From: Anaeromyxobacteraceae bacterium
GTDB taxonomy: Bacteria > Myxococcota > Myxococcia > Myxococcales > Anaeromyxobacteraceae
Assembly: GCA_032654565.1 (NCBI GenBank)
Contig: JAULAX010000015.1
Coordinates: 160,001 to 224,000 of the forward strand
DNA length: 64,000 bases
Direction: 5' to 3'
In this document: piece by piece, positions 18,038 through 26,329 of the stretch
Layout of the letters: each line of letters begins with the position of its first letter
Numbering within the stretch: the first letter of the stretch is position 1
The notes under the pieces: model-generated
The model's input: the letters and a program-made list of their open reading frames with translations, nothing else
The model's database searches: none
Told to the model about the DNA's origin: nothing
Position numbers and translations under genes: made by a program

Positions 18038-18781
18038 CTACTTCCCGGCTCGCCGGGTGCCCGGCGGCAGCTTCACCTCGAACGCGGCGTCGGCGAGGCC
18101 GCCGTTGCGCCTGATGTCCCGGAAGACCAGGCGGTTCTCGTTGCCGGCGCCGTCGACCACGGTGGTGGCCAGCACCTCGCCCTCCGGCCCGACGCTGAAG
18201 ACCAGCCGGGCCACCCGCGGGTCGGCCACCCGGGGCCGCAGCACCAGCGCCCCGCCCTCGGCCAGCGAGGACTCGAAGTCGCGGGTCAGCTCCCCCCGCC
18301 CCAGCAGGAAGGCCACCGCCGCGGTCATGGCGGTGGCGTCGAACTGCTCGTCGACGTAGGCCTGCTGCTCCTCCGGCTCGTACTGCACCAGCCGCCTGCC
18401 GGTCACCGCCACCACCTTCACCGATGGTGACTGATAGTCCCAGCGCATCAGGCCGGGCTTCTTCACCTTGAGCGCCCCGGTGGAGGTGAGCTTCCGCCCC
18501 AGGCCGGCGTAGACGTAGGTCTGGGTGAAGGCGGCCTCGAGGTCGCGGGTCTTCTCGTAGAAGGCCTGCACCTTGCGGGTCAGCTCGACGGCGGAGGGCG
18601 ACCCGGCGGCAGGAGCCGTCCCGGTCACCGCGACCGGAGCCTTCCCCGTGATCGCGGCCATTCCCTTCAGCGGGGCCGCGGCCGTCCCCGTCGCCGCGGC
18701 CGTCGCCGGCCCCCCTCCCCCCTCCGAAGCGGGAAGCACCAGGGCGGCGGCGAGCAGGGCGGCGAGGGTCGAGATGGGCAT
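18038..18781 (-). CDS. lolA: Outer-membrane lipoprotein carrier LolA
   Basis: VQAFYEKTRDLEAAFTQ, VKKPGLMRWDY and FEVKLPPG; signal peptide plus Ala/Pro linker. Confidence 0.85.
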   Translation of the reverse strand: MPISTLAALLAAALVLPASEGGGGPATAAATGTAAAPLKGMAAITGKAPVAVTGTAPAAGSPSAVELTRKVQAFYEKTRDLEAAFTQTYVYAGLGRKLTSTGALKVKKPGLMRWDYQSPSVKVVAVTGRRLVQYEPEEQQAYVDEQFDATAMTAAVAFLLGRGELTRDFESSLAEGGALVLRPRVADPRVARLVFSVGPEGEVLATTVVDGAGNENRLVFRDIRRNGGLADAAFEVKLPPGTRRAGK

Positions 18782-18877
18782 GTGGCCTGCGTTAGCAGGG
18801 ACGGCCCGGGCGCGCAAAGATTCAGGGGCGGGGCGCCTTGACCTGAGGGGGCCGCCGGGGTGATCCTCCGCGGTCCA

Positions 18878-19192
18878 ATGCGTCCCCTCGCCGTGCTCTT
18901 CGTCGTCACCGCCAGCCTCGCCCTGCAGGGGTGTAGCAACACCTGCCAGGACCTCGGCGACCGGCTCTGCCAGTGCTCCGGCGCCGGCTCCACCCGCGAC
19001 GCCTGCAAGACCGAGATCAAGAACCAGCTCTCCGCCGCCGGCGTCCACTCCGACGACGAGGCGGTCTGCTCCGCGGTGCTGGCCACCTGCACTCCTCCCG
19101 CCGGCGCCGCCTTCTGCGAGTGGATCAACACCGGGTGCGGAAAGGCCTCCTGCGGCCTCTCCAACGAGACACCCGCCAGCGTCTGCAAGTGA
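18878..19192 (+). CDS. Small cysteine-rich lipoprotein
   Basis: Lipobox LQGC plus 10 further Cys in 104 aa; stop overlaps the metH GTG (GTGA). Confidence 0.8.
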   Translation: MRPLAVLFVVTASLALQGCSNTCQDLGDRLCQCSGAGSTRDACKTEIKNQLSAAGVHSDDEAVCSAVLATCTPPAGAAFCEWINTGCGKASCGLSNETPASVCK

Positions 19193-22100
19193 CCTTCCGC
19201 GAGGCCATCGCCCGGCGGGTCCTGGTCTTCGACGGGGCCATGGGCACGCAGATCCAGGGGGAGCACCTCACCCTCTCCGACTTCGGCGGCAAGGAGGGGG
19301 CCAACGACCTCCTCACCCTGACCCGCCCGGATCTCATCGAGGAGATCCACGGCCGCTACTTCGCCGCCGGCTGCGACGTGGTCGAGACCAACACCTTCGG
19401 CTCGTCGCGGCTCAAGCTCGACGAGTACGGCGTCGGCCACCGCACCTACGAGGTCAACTTCCGCGCCGCCATCCTGGCGCGGCGGGCCGCCGAGCGCCAC
19501 GCCACCAAGGAGCAGCCCCGCTTCGTGGCCGGCTCGATGGGCCCCACCGGCATGCTCCCCTCGTCGTCGGATCCCTCGCTCGGCAACATCACCGCCGACG
19601 CCCTGGAGCGGATCTACTTCGAGCAGGCCAAGGGGTTGATCGAGGGGGGCGTCGACGCCCTCATCCTCGAGACCCACCAGGACATGCTGGAGCTGCGCGC
19701 CGCGGTGCTGGGCGCCGACGCCTGCCGCCGCGAGCTGATGCGCGACGTCTTCATCATCGCCCAGCCCACCCTCATCGACCAGAACGGCCGCATGCTGCTC
19801 GGCACCGACGTCGCCAGCGCCCTGGCCACGCTGGAGCGGCTGCCGGTCGACGCCGTCGGCCTCAACTGCTCCACCGGCCCCGCCGAGATGCGCGAGGCGG
19901 TCCGCTACCTCGGCGAGCACTGCAGCCACTACGTCTCGGTGCTGCCCAACGCCGGCATGCCGGAGAACGTCGACGGCAAGGCGGTCTACAAGCTCTCCCC
20001 CGACGACCTGGCCGAGGCCCTGGCCGGCTTCGTCTCCGAGTTCAGGGTCGACCTGGTGGGCGGCTGCTGCGGCACCACCCCGGCGCACCTCGCCGCGGTG
20101 GTGGCCCGCCTCAAGACCGTCCGCGCCCCGCGCCGGGTGCGGCCCCTCCCCGGCCCCGAGCTCTCCTCGGCCATGAAGGCGGTGCCGCTGACGCTGGAGC
20201 CGCGCCCGCTGCTGGTGGGCGAGCGGCTCAACTCGCAGGGCTCGCGCAAGGTCAAGGAGCTGCTCATCGCCGACGACTACCCCGGGCTGCTGCAGATCGC
20301 CCGCGGCCAGGTCGAGGCAGGCGCCCACGTGCTCGACGTCTGCGTGGCCCTCAACGAGCGCGAGGACGAGGGGGCGCAGATGCGCGCCCTGGTGAAGCTG
20401 CTGGCCCAGGCCGTCGACGCGCCGCTGATGATCGACTCCACCGAGCCCGACGTCATCGAGTCGGCGCTCAAGGTCTACCCGGGGCGCTGCATCGTCAACT
20501 CCATCAACCTGGAGAAGAGCGGCGAGCGGGTCCGCAAGGTGCTGCCGCTGGTGAAGCGCTACGGCGCCGCGGTGGTCTGCATGACCATCGACGAGAAGGG
20601 GATGGCGCAGAGCGCCGACCGCAAGGCCGAGATCGCGGCGCGCATCGTCACCGTGGCCCGGGAGTACGGCCTCGAGCCCGACTGCCTGATCTTCGACGCC
20701 CTGACCTTCACGCTCGCCACCGGCGGCGAGGAGTACCGGCACAGCGCGGTGGAGACGCTGGAGGGGATCCGCCGCATCAAGGCCGAGACCCCGGGCGTGC
20801 TCACCACCCTGGGCGTCTCCAACGTCAGCTTCGGCCTCGCCAAGCACGCCCGCGAGGTGATCAACTCGGTCTTCCTCTACCACGCGGTCAAGGCCGGCCT
20901 CGACCTGGCCATCATCAACCCCAAGGACGTCACCCCCTACCCGGCCATCGGCGAGGTCGAGCGAACCCTGGCCGAGGAGCTGATCTTCGATCGCCGCCCC
21001 GACGCCCTGGCCCGCCTCATCGCCCACTTCGGCGAGAAGGGGGCGGAGAAGGCCCCCCCGGCCGAGGACCTGCTGGCCGGCAAGAGCGTCGAGGAGCGGA
21101 TCCACCTGCAGATCCTCCACCGCCGCCCCGAGGGGATCGAGGCGCTCATCGACGACGCCCTGACCCGCCGCCCGGCGGTGGCGGTGCTCAACGAGGTGCT
21201 GCTGCCGGCCATGAAGGACGTCGGCGACAAGTTCGGCGCCGGCGAGCTGATCCTCCCCTTCGTGCTGCAGTCGGCCGAGGTGATGAAGAAGGCGGTCGGC
21301 CACCTCGAGCAGTTCCTCGAGAAGAAGGCCGGCTCCACCAAGGGCACGGTGGTGCTGGCCACGGTCTACGGCGACGTCCACGACATCGGCAAGAACCTGG
21401 TCAAGACCATCCTCGCCAACAACGGCTTCACCGTGCACGACCTCGGCAAGCAGGTGCCGGTGGCCACCATCATCGAGAAGGCGGTCGAGGTGGGCGCCGA
21501 CGCCATCGGCCTCTCGGCGCTGCTGGTCTCCACCTCCAAGCAGATGCCCTTCTGCGTCGAGGAGCTGAGCCGCCGAAACCTGCAGTTCCCGGTCATCATC
21601 GGCGGCGCCGCCATCAACCGCCGCTTCGGCTACAAGACCCACTTCGTGCAGGGCGGCACCCCGTACGCCGGCGGCGTCTTCTACGCCAAGGACGCCTTCG
21701 AGGGGCTGGAGCTGATCCAGCAACTGGTCGACCCCACGCGGCGCGACGCCCTCAAGCGCGCCGTGCTGGAGAAGGCCATCCACGGGCGCGACGCCCCCGC
21801 CGCCGAGCCGCCTCCCAAGCCACCGCCGGGGGCCCGCTCCAGCGTCGGGCTGGCCGCCAAGGTCCCGACGCCGCCGTTCTGGGGGGCGCGCACCGTGCTC
21901 TCCGGCGAGATCCCGCTCTCCGACCTCTGGCCGCGGCTCGACCTCAACGAGCTCTACAAGCTGCAGTGGGGGGTGCGAGCCAAGGGGGCGGAGTACGAGC
22001 GGATGATCCGCGAGGAGTTCGCCCCCAAGCTCGAGGAGCTCAAGGCCGAGGCCCAGGCCCAGGGCTGGATCCAGCCCAAGGTGGTCTACGGCTACTGGCC

Positions 22101-22635
22101 CTGCCACGCCGAGGGCGAGGAGCTGGTGATCCTCGACCCGGTCCACCGCAAGGCCGAGCTGGCCCGCCTGCGCTTCCCCCGCCAGCCCGACGAGCGGCTG
22201 CTCTGCCTCGCCGACTACTTCAGGTCGGAGCCGGGGAGCGACGTCTGCGCCTTCCAGGTGGTCACGGTGGGCGACGCCGCCTCGCGCCTCGCCGACGAGG
22301 CCAACGCCCGCGGCGACTACTCGCGCAGCCTCTTCGTCCACGGGCTGGCGGTGGAGGTGGCCGAGGCGCTGGCCGAGCACTGGCACCGGATGGTCAAGGC
22401 CGAGCTGGGGATGGGGCCGGACCAGGGCAAGCGCTACAGCCCCGGCTACCCCTCCTGGCCGGAGCTGACCGACCAGCGCCAGCTCTGGACGCTGCTCGAC
22501 CCGGAGCGGGCCATCGGCGTGTCGCTCACCGACGCCTGCCAGATGGTGCCGGAGCAGTCGACCAGCGCCATCGTGCTGCACCACCCGGAGGCGGTCTACT
22601 TCACCATCCGCGGGCAGTCGGTGCTGGCGGGCTGA
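19189..22635 (+). CDS. metH: Cobalamin-dependent methionine synthase
   Basis: VFDGAMGT, GLNCSTGP, GGCCGT, pterin domain (GERLN, LMIDST), B12 motif DVHDIGKNLV and activation domain RYSPGYP. GTG start at 19189. Confidence 0.95.
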   Translation: MTFREAIARRVLVFDGAMGTQIQGEHLTLSDFGGKEGANDLLTLTRPDLIEEIHGRYFAAGCDVVETNTFGSSRLKLDEYGVGHRTYEVNFRAAILARRAAERHATKEQPRFVAGSMGPTGMLPSSSDPSLGNITADALERIYFEQAKGLIEGGVDALILETHQDMLELRAAVLGADACRRELMRDVFIIAQPTLIDQNGRMLLGTDVASALATLERLPVDAVGLNCSTGPAEMREAVRYLGEHCSHYVSVLPNAGMPENVDGKAVYKLSPDDLAEALAGFVSEFRVDLVGGCCGTTPAHLAAVVARLKTVRAPRRVRPLPGPELSSAMKAVPLTLEPRPLLVGERLNSQGSRKVKELLIADDYPGLLQIARGQVEAGAHVLDVCVALNEREDEGAQMRALVKLLAQAVDAPLMIDSTEPDVIESALKVYPGRCIVNSINLEKSGERVRKVLPLVKRYGAAVVCMTIDEKGMAQSADRKAEIAARIVTVAREYGLEPDCLIFDALTFTLATGGEEYRHSAVETLEGIRRIKAETPGVLTTLGVSNVSFGLAKHAREVINSVFLYHAVKAGLDLAIINPKDVTPYPAIGEVERTLAEELIFDRRPDALARLIAHFGEKGAEKAPPAEDLLAGKSVEERIHLQILHRRPEGIEALIDDALTRRPAVAVLNEVLLPAMKDVGDKFGAGELILPFVLQSAEVMKKAVGHLEQFLEKKAGSTKGTVVLATVYGDVHDIGKNLVKTILANNGFTVHDLGKQVPVATIIEKAVEVGADAIGLSALLVSTSKQMPFCVEELSRRNLQFPVIIGGAAINRRFGYKTHFVQGGTPYAGGVFYAKDAFEGLELIQQLVDPTRRDALKRAVLEKAIHGRDAPAAEPPPKPPPGARSSVGLAAKVPTPPFWGARTVLSGEIPLSDLWPRLDLNELYKLQWGVRAKGAEYERMIREEFAPKLEELKAEAQAQGWIQPKVVYGYWPCHAEGEELVILDPVHRKAELARLRFPRQPDERLLCLADYFRSEPGSDVCAFQVVTVGDAASRLADEANARGDYSRSLFVHGLAVEVAEALAEHWHRMVKAELGMGPDQGKRYSPGYPSWPELTDQRQLWTLLDPERAIGVSLTDACQMVPEQSTSAIVLHHPEAVYFTIRGQSVLAG

Positions 22636-22719
22636 TCCCCGCCAGCCCCCGACCGCGCGAGGCCGGGCGAGGCCTGGTGCCCCGCCCCAGGCACGATGAC
22701 GTGACGAGGGAGCCGGGAC

Positions 22720-23061
22720 CTACGTCTTCTCGACCTTGCTGGCGGTGATGGTCTTCTTGCCGGCCGCCTCGGTCACCGTCCCGGTCACCTTCACCGGCAG
22801 CGTCTTCTCGCAGGCGGCCATGGTGAGCGGCTTGGTGACGGCGTTGTCGGCCAGCGCGTAGACCACCTCCTTGGCCCCGTCCTTCACCACCACCACGTTG
22901 GTGCAGCCGTTGACGCCGGGCGTCTTCAGGATGCACATGGCGCAGGCCAGCTTGCCGGTGATGGTCACCTCCTTGGCGGCCTCGGCGGCGGTGGCGGTGG
23001 TGGCGGCGGCGAGCAGGCCGGCGCAGGCGACGGCGGCGACGGTGCGGAGCAGCTTGGTCAT
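22720..23061 (-). CDS. Small exported protein with CxxC (DUF6370-like)
   Basis: Signal peptide; GKLACAMC...GC...AC; VKVTGTV; AGGGG RBS. Confidence 0.7.
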   Translation of the reverse strand: MTKLLRTVAAVACAGLLAAATTATAAEAAKEVTITGKLACAMCILKTPGVNGCTNVVVVKDGAKEVVYALADNAVTKPLTMAACEKTLPVKVTGTVTEAAGKKTITASKVEKT

Positions 23062-23270
23062 GTGTGTTCCCCTGGGGTTCGCGGGGCGTGAGCGCCCTCG
23101 AGCGAGGACCGGACTCTACGCGGAGGGACGGGGCCACTCAACGTGGCGTCGGCGCCCTTCCCGGGGCGCGTCGGCGTGTCGCAAAGGTCGCCGCGGCCGG
23201 CGGGTCGACGGGTCGGCGGAGCGGCATATCGACGTATCGGCGTGACGGACGCGCCGGACGTGCCGGCTTC

Positions 23271-24299
23271 TCAGTCGAGCCGGACGCTGGCCCCGGCCGC
23301 CACGCCACCGTCCAGCGGCACCACCACCCAGCGCAGCCGGCGCTCCGCCCGGTCGAGGGCGGCGGCGCGGCCGTCGCGGTTGAAGCGCATGGCCTCGGCC
23401 ACCGCCCCGTAGATGGCGCCGCCGTACCAGAGCGACTCGCCGACCAGCAGCAGCGCCCCCAGCCCCGGCCGGCGGTCGCGGAAGGCCTCCACCGTGGCCC
23501 AGACGAAGAGGCCGTTGAGCGCCAGGGCCCCGGCGCCCGCCACCGGGTCGCCGGCGTAGGCGTGGCCCAGGCCGGGGAGCACCGCCGACAGCAGGCCGGC
23601 GGCCACCGGGCTGCGGTGCGGAGCCTTGTCCACCTCGTCGAGGACCCGCCGCAGCTCGGCCGCCTTCTCCGCCTCGCCGGCCGGGAGCGCCTCCAGCGCC
23701 AGCCGCGCCCCCGAGGCGTCGCCGTCGCGGAGCCGCGCCAGGGCGAGGAGGCCGAGCCCGGCGGTCCGCCCCGGTCCGCCGGCCGGCGGCTCCAGCTTCA
23801 GGTAGGCCTGGAGCGGCGCCAGGGCCGCGCCCGCCTGCCCGGCCCGGTAGCGAACGCTGGCCTGCAGGTAGAGCGCGGCGTCGCGCGTGGCCGGGTCGCT
23901 GGCCTCGACGGCCAGCCGCCGCAGCCCGATGACCGCGGCGTCGGGCTTTCCGCCCTGCGCGTAGGCGCGGGCCATGGCCAGCCCGGCGGCGTCGGCCAGC
24001 GCCCCCCCCGGCGCGAGGTAGCGGACCCGCTGGTACTCGCCGATGGCGCGGTAGAGGTCACCCTGGGCGGAGAGCCAGTCGCCGTAGCGGAGCGCCTCGG
24101 CCGCCTCGGCCGGGCGCGGCGGCGTGGCTGGAGGCGCAGCCGGAGCAGCGGCCGGAGCCGGCGCCAGCGCAGCGGCCTCGACCCGGGCCGACGGGGTCGT
24201 CGGGGCCGGGGCGGGCGCGGGCTCGAGGGCGAGCGGCTGCGCCGGAGCCGGCCCTGCGGCGGCCAGCTGGGTGGCCAGCAGCGCCGCCAGCCAGGTCAC
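23271..24299 (-). CDS. Exported tetratricopeptide-repeat protein with C-terminal membrane segment
   Basis: GTG overlaps the upstream stop; TPR-like GDLYRAIGEYQRV; SPVAAGLLSAVLPGLGHAYAG motif. Confidence 0.75.
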   Translation of the reverse strand: MTWLAALLATQLAAAGPAPAQPLALEPAPAPAPTTPSARVEAAALAPAPAAAPAAPPATPPRPAEAAEALRYGDWLSAQGDLYRAIGEYQRVRYLAPGGALADAAGLAMARAYAQGGKPDAAVIGLRRLAVEASDPATRDAALYLQASVRYRAGQAGAALAPLQAYLKLEPPAGGPGRTAGLGLLALARLRDGDASGARLALEALPAGEAEKAAELRRVLDEVDKAPHRSPVAAGLLSAVLPGLGHAYAGDPVAGAGALALNGLFVWATVEAFRDRRPGLGALLLVGESLWYGGAIYGAVAEAMRFNRDGRAAALDRAERRLRWVVVPLDGGVAAGASVRLD

Positions 24300-24697
24300 C
24301 ACGGCGGCCCCTCGAGGAAGAAGGTGGCGGCCTCGAGCGGATCGAGCAGCCCGCCCTCGGCGTCGCGGTCGAGCAGCCGCAGCGCCGAGGAGCGCTGGCC
24401 CCGCAGCAGCCGGGCCACGCCGATGAAGCTCCCCAGCAGCGGGCCGTGCCGGTGGACGGCCTCGACGGCGTAGGCGGAGCAGCTGGGCCGGTGCGGGCAG
24501 CGCGGCCCCTGGAAGCCGGCCAGCTTCCGGTAGGCCCAGATGGTGACGGGGGGCGAGGCCGGGGCCGGCACAGAGGAGGCCGGGGCGGCCTCGGCGGTGA
24601 CCGGGTGGCCGGGGGCGTCGAACGGGCCTTCGAAGGCCAGCGCCGGCGGCGCCAGCAGCGTCATCAGCAGCGCCAGCTGCGGCGGGACAGGATGCAC
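24296..24697 (-). CDS. yidD: YidD-like (membrane protein insertion efficiency factor/haemolytic domain) protein with N-terminal extension
   Basis: YRK...GPRCPHRPSCSAYAVEAVHRHGPLLG...ARLLR...DP. Confidence 0.7.
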   Translation of the reverse strand: MHPVPPQLALLMTLLAPPALAFEGPFDAPGHPVTAEAAPASSVPAPASPPVTIWAYRKLAGFQGPRCPHRPSCSAYAVEAVHRHGPLLGSFIGVARLLRGQRSSALRLLDRDAEGGLLDPLEAATFFLEGPPW

Positions 24698-24784
24698 GCC
24701 GGGAGGGTAACATGCGCCGACCTGCCACGGCCGCCCCCGCGCGCCGGACCCGGGCAGGCCCGCCGCACCAACCGTCGGAGACGA

Positions 24785-25189
24785 ATGGCCATGAAGACCC
24801 CCCTGTTCCGCCTCGCCGCCCTCTCGCTCGCCGTGTCCGTGATCACCGGCTGCGTCAGCTCCACCGTCATCCACAGCCAGCCCTCCGGGGCCAGGCTCTA
24901 CCTCGATGGCGAGTCGGTCGGCAAGACGCCGTACACCATGAGTGACACGAAGATCGTCGGGTCGGGGACCCGGGTCAAGCTGGTGGCCGAGGGGTTCGAG
25001 CCGTTCGAGGCCATCCTCTACCGCAACGAGGTCTTCGACGCCGGCGCCTGCCTCGGCGGCCTGTTCATCTGGATCCCGTTCCTCTGGATCCAGGGCTACA
25101 AGCCGGAGCACAACTACGAGCTGACGCCCCTGCGCCCCGCGCCGCCCCCCGCCCCGGCCCCGGCCCCGGCCGCCCCGCCGCGGTCGTAG
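24785..25189 (+). CDS. PEGA domain lipoprotein
   Basis: Lipobox ITGC; SQPSGARLYLDGESVGKTP; GGAG RBS. Confidence 0.8.
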   Translation: MAMKTPLFRLAALSLAVSVITGCVSSTVIHSQPSGARLYLDGESVGKTPYTMSDTKIVGSGTRVKLVAEGFEPFEAILYRNEVFDAGACLGGLFIWIPFLWIQGYKPEHNYELTPLRPAPPPAPAPAPAAPPRS

Positions 25190-25284
25190 CCCGGCACCCC
25201 GCCGTCGGCACCTGGCCCTGCCGGCCCGCGCCGGCGGTCGGGCCTCGCTGACCTCGCTCCGGCCTATGGGTGGTGGGGTGCGAA

Positions 25285-26106
25285 CTACCGCCGCCCCAGG
25301 TCCAGCTTGAGGTCGACCGGGGTCTCCAGGCCGCCGGCCCGCACCGTGCCGCGCAGCCGCAGCTCGCCGCCGCCGCCGTGGAGGCTGGCCGCGGCGCGCC
25401 CGGCCCCCAGCAGTGAGACCTGGATGGGCAGGGAGAGGCGGGCCTCGCCGCCGGCGGCGAGCGGCTCCAGCCTGGCCTCGCGCCCGGCGGCCACCGTCAC
25501 CCCGTTGACCAGCAGGTCGAAGCGCAGCGCCGCGCCGGGGAGCGGGAAGGCGTTGGGGTTCTCCACCTCCAGCGCCAGCAGCAGCTCCAGCTCGGTGAGC
25601 GAGGCCAGGTTGACCGCGGCGCTGGCCAGCCGGAAGGCCGGCAGCCGCGGCACCGGCAGCCGCCCCTGGTGCGTGAACGGCAGCGTGAGGACGCCGAGCG
25701 GCGACTCGACGCCGACCGCTCCCTCGATCCGGTAGGCCACCTGCTCCTGGCGCCCGGCCCGCTCGGCCAGCCGCTGGACGTCACGCCAGCGCAGCCGCAC
25801 CGAGACGCCGAAGGGGGCCGTGCCCCGCGCCGCCAGCGCCAGGCCGCCGGGCACCTCCCCCTCGGCCACCCGCGCCTCCTCGACGTCGAGCCGCCAGCTG
25901 GCCCGGGCCACCGTGAAGGCGACGTCGTTGGGGTTCTCCAGCGTGAAGGCGAGGGACACGGTGGCCCCCTCGAGATCGACCGCCGCCACCGTGGCCTGCT
26001 GGAGCTTGAGTCGTGGCGCGGTGATGGCGGCGGCGGCCAGCCGCTGCAGCGAGGCGCAGCCGGCGAGGAGCAGGGTGGCGGCCAGCAGGACGGGGAGGCG
26101 ACGCAT
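25285..26106 (-). CDS. LEA type 2 (WHy) domain lipoprotein, two domains
   Basis: Lipobox LAGC; two ENPN motifs (TLENPND, VENPNAFPL). Confidence 0.85.
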   Translation of the reverse strand: MRRLPVLLAATLLLAGCASLQRLAAAAITAPRLKLQQATVAAVDLEGATVSLAFTLENPNDVAFTVARASWRLDVEEARVAEGEVPGGLALAARGTAPFGVSVRLRWRDVQRLAERAGRQEQVAYRIEGAVGVESPLGVLTLPFTHQGRLPVPRLPAFRLASAAVNLASLTELELLLALEVENPNAFPLPGAALRFDLLVNGVTVAAGREARLEPLAAGGEARLSLPIQVSLLGAGRAAASLHGGGGELRLRGTVRAGGLETPVDLKLDLGRR

Positions 26107-26182
26107 GAGAAGGCTCCTTGGGAAGGCGTGACGATACCCGCAGACCGGGGCCCGGCGGTGGGTGAGGTGGCGGCGACCCGGC

Positions 26183-26277
26183 TTTTCCACCACGGCGCCG
26201 GTTCTCCCCGCTCCCTCCACCGGTTTTCCTCCGGCTATCCACGGCTCCATCCTCTCGGAAATCCGGCTTTTTCCACC
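26183..26277 (+). promoter_or_regulatory. Cluster of degenerate DnaA-box-like 9-mers upstream of dnaB
   Basis: TTTTCCACC (26183), TTCTCCCCG (26202), CCCTCCACC (26213), TTTTCCTCC (26224), CTATCCACG (26235), TTTTCCACC (26269). Confidence 0.5.
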
Positions 26278-26308
26278 GAACTCCAACCACGCCGGAGACA
26301 GGGGTGGC

Positions 26309-26317
26309 TGCTAGATT
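26309..26317 (+). promoter_or_regulatory. Extended -10 promoter element of dnaB
   Basis: TGCTAGATT (TGn-TAGATT) 12 nt before the ATG; a similar TGCTAGAT precedes rimO. Confidence 0.45.
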
Positions 26318-26329
26318 GCGCGCACTCCG

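Noticed and set aside
18782..18877. Cobalamin or SAM riboswitch for metH
   Set aside because: Region is short, shared with the divergent lolA promoter, and shows no recognisable riboswitch consensus.
18973..19188. N-terminal extension of MetH
   Set aside because: Overlaps the lipoprotein gene in another frame; MetH similarity starts at GTG 19189.
18667..22584. Long antisense and alternative-frame ORFs (also 8286-11531, 35682-38459, 46740-49970, 50603-53761 and others)
   Set aside because: Expected stop-poor shadows of real genes in ~75% GC DNA; no motifs and no plausible composition.
22720..23061. c-type cytochrome
   Set aside because: Motif is CAMCI, not CxxCH.
26107..26329. Chromosomal oriC
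   Set aside because: No AT-rich unwinding element, no perfect DnaA box and no dnaA/dnaN nearby; kept only as a regulatory candidate.
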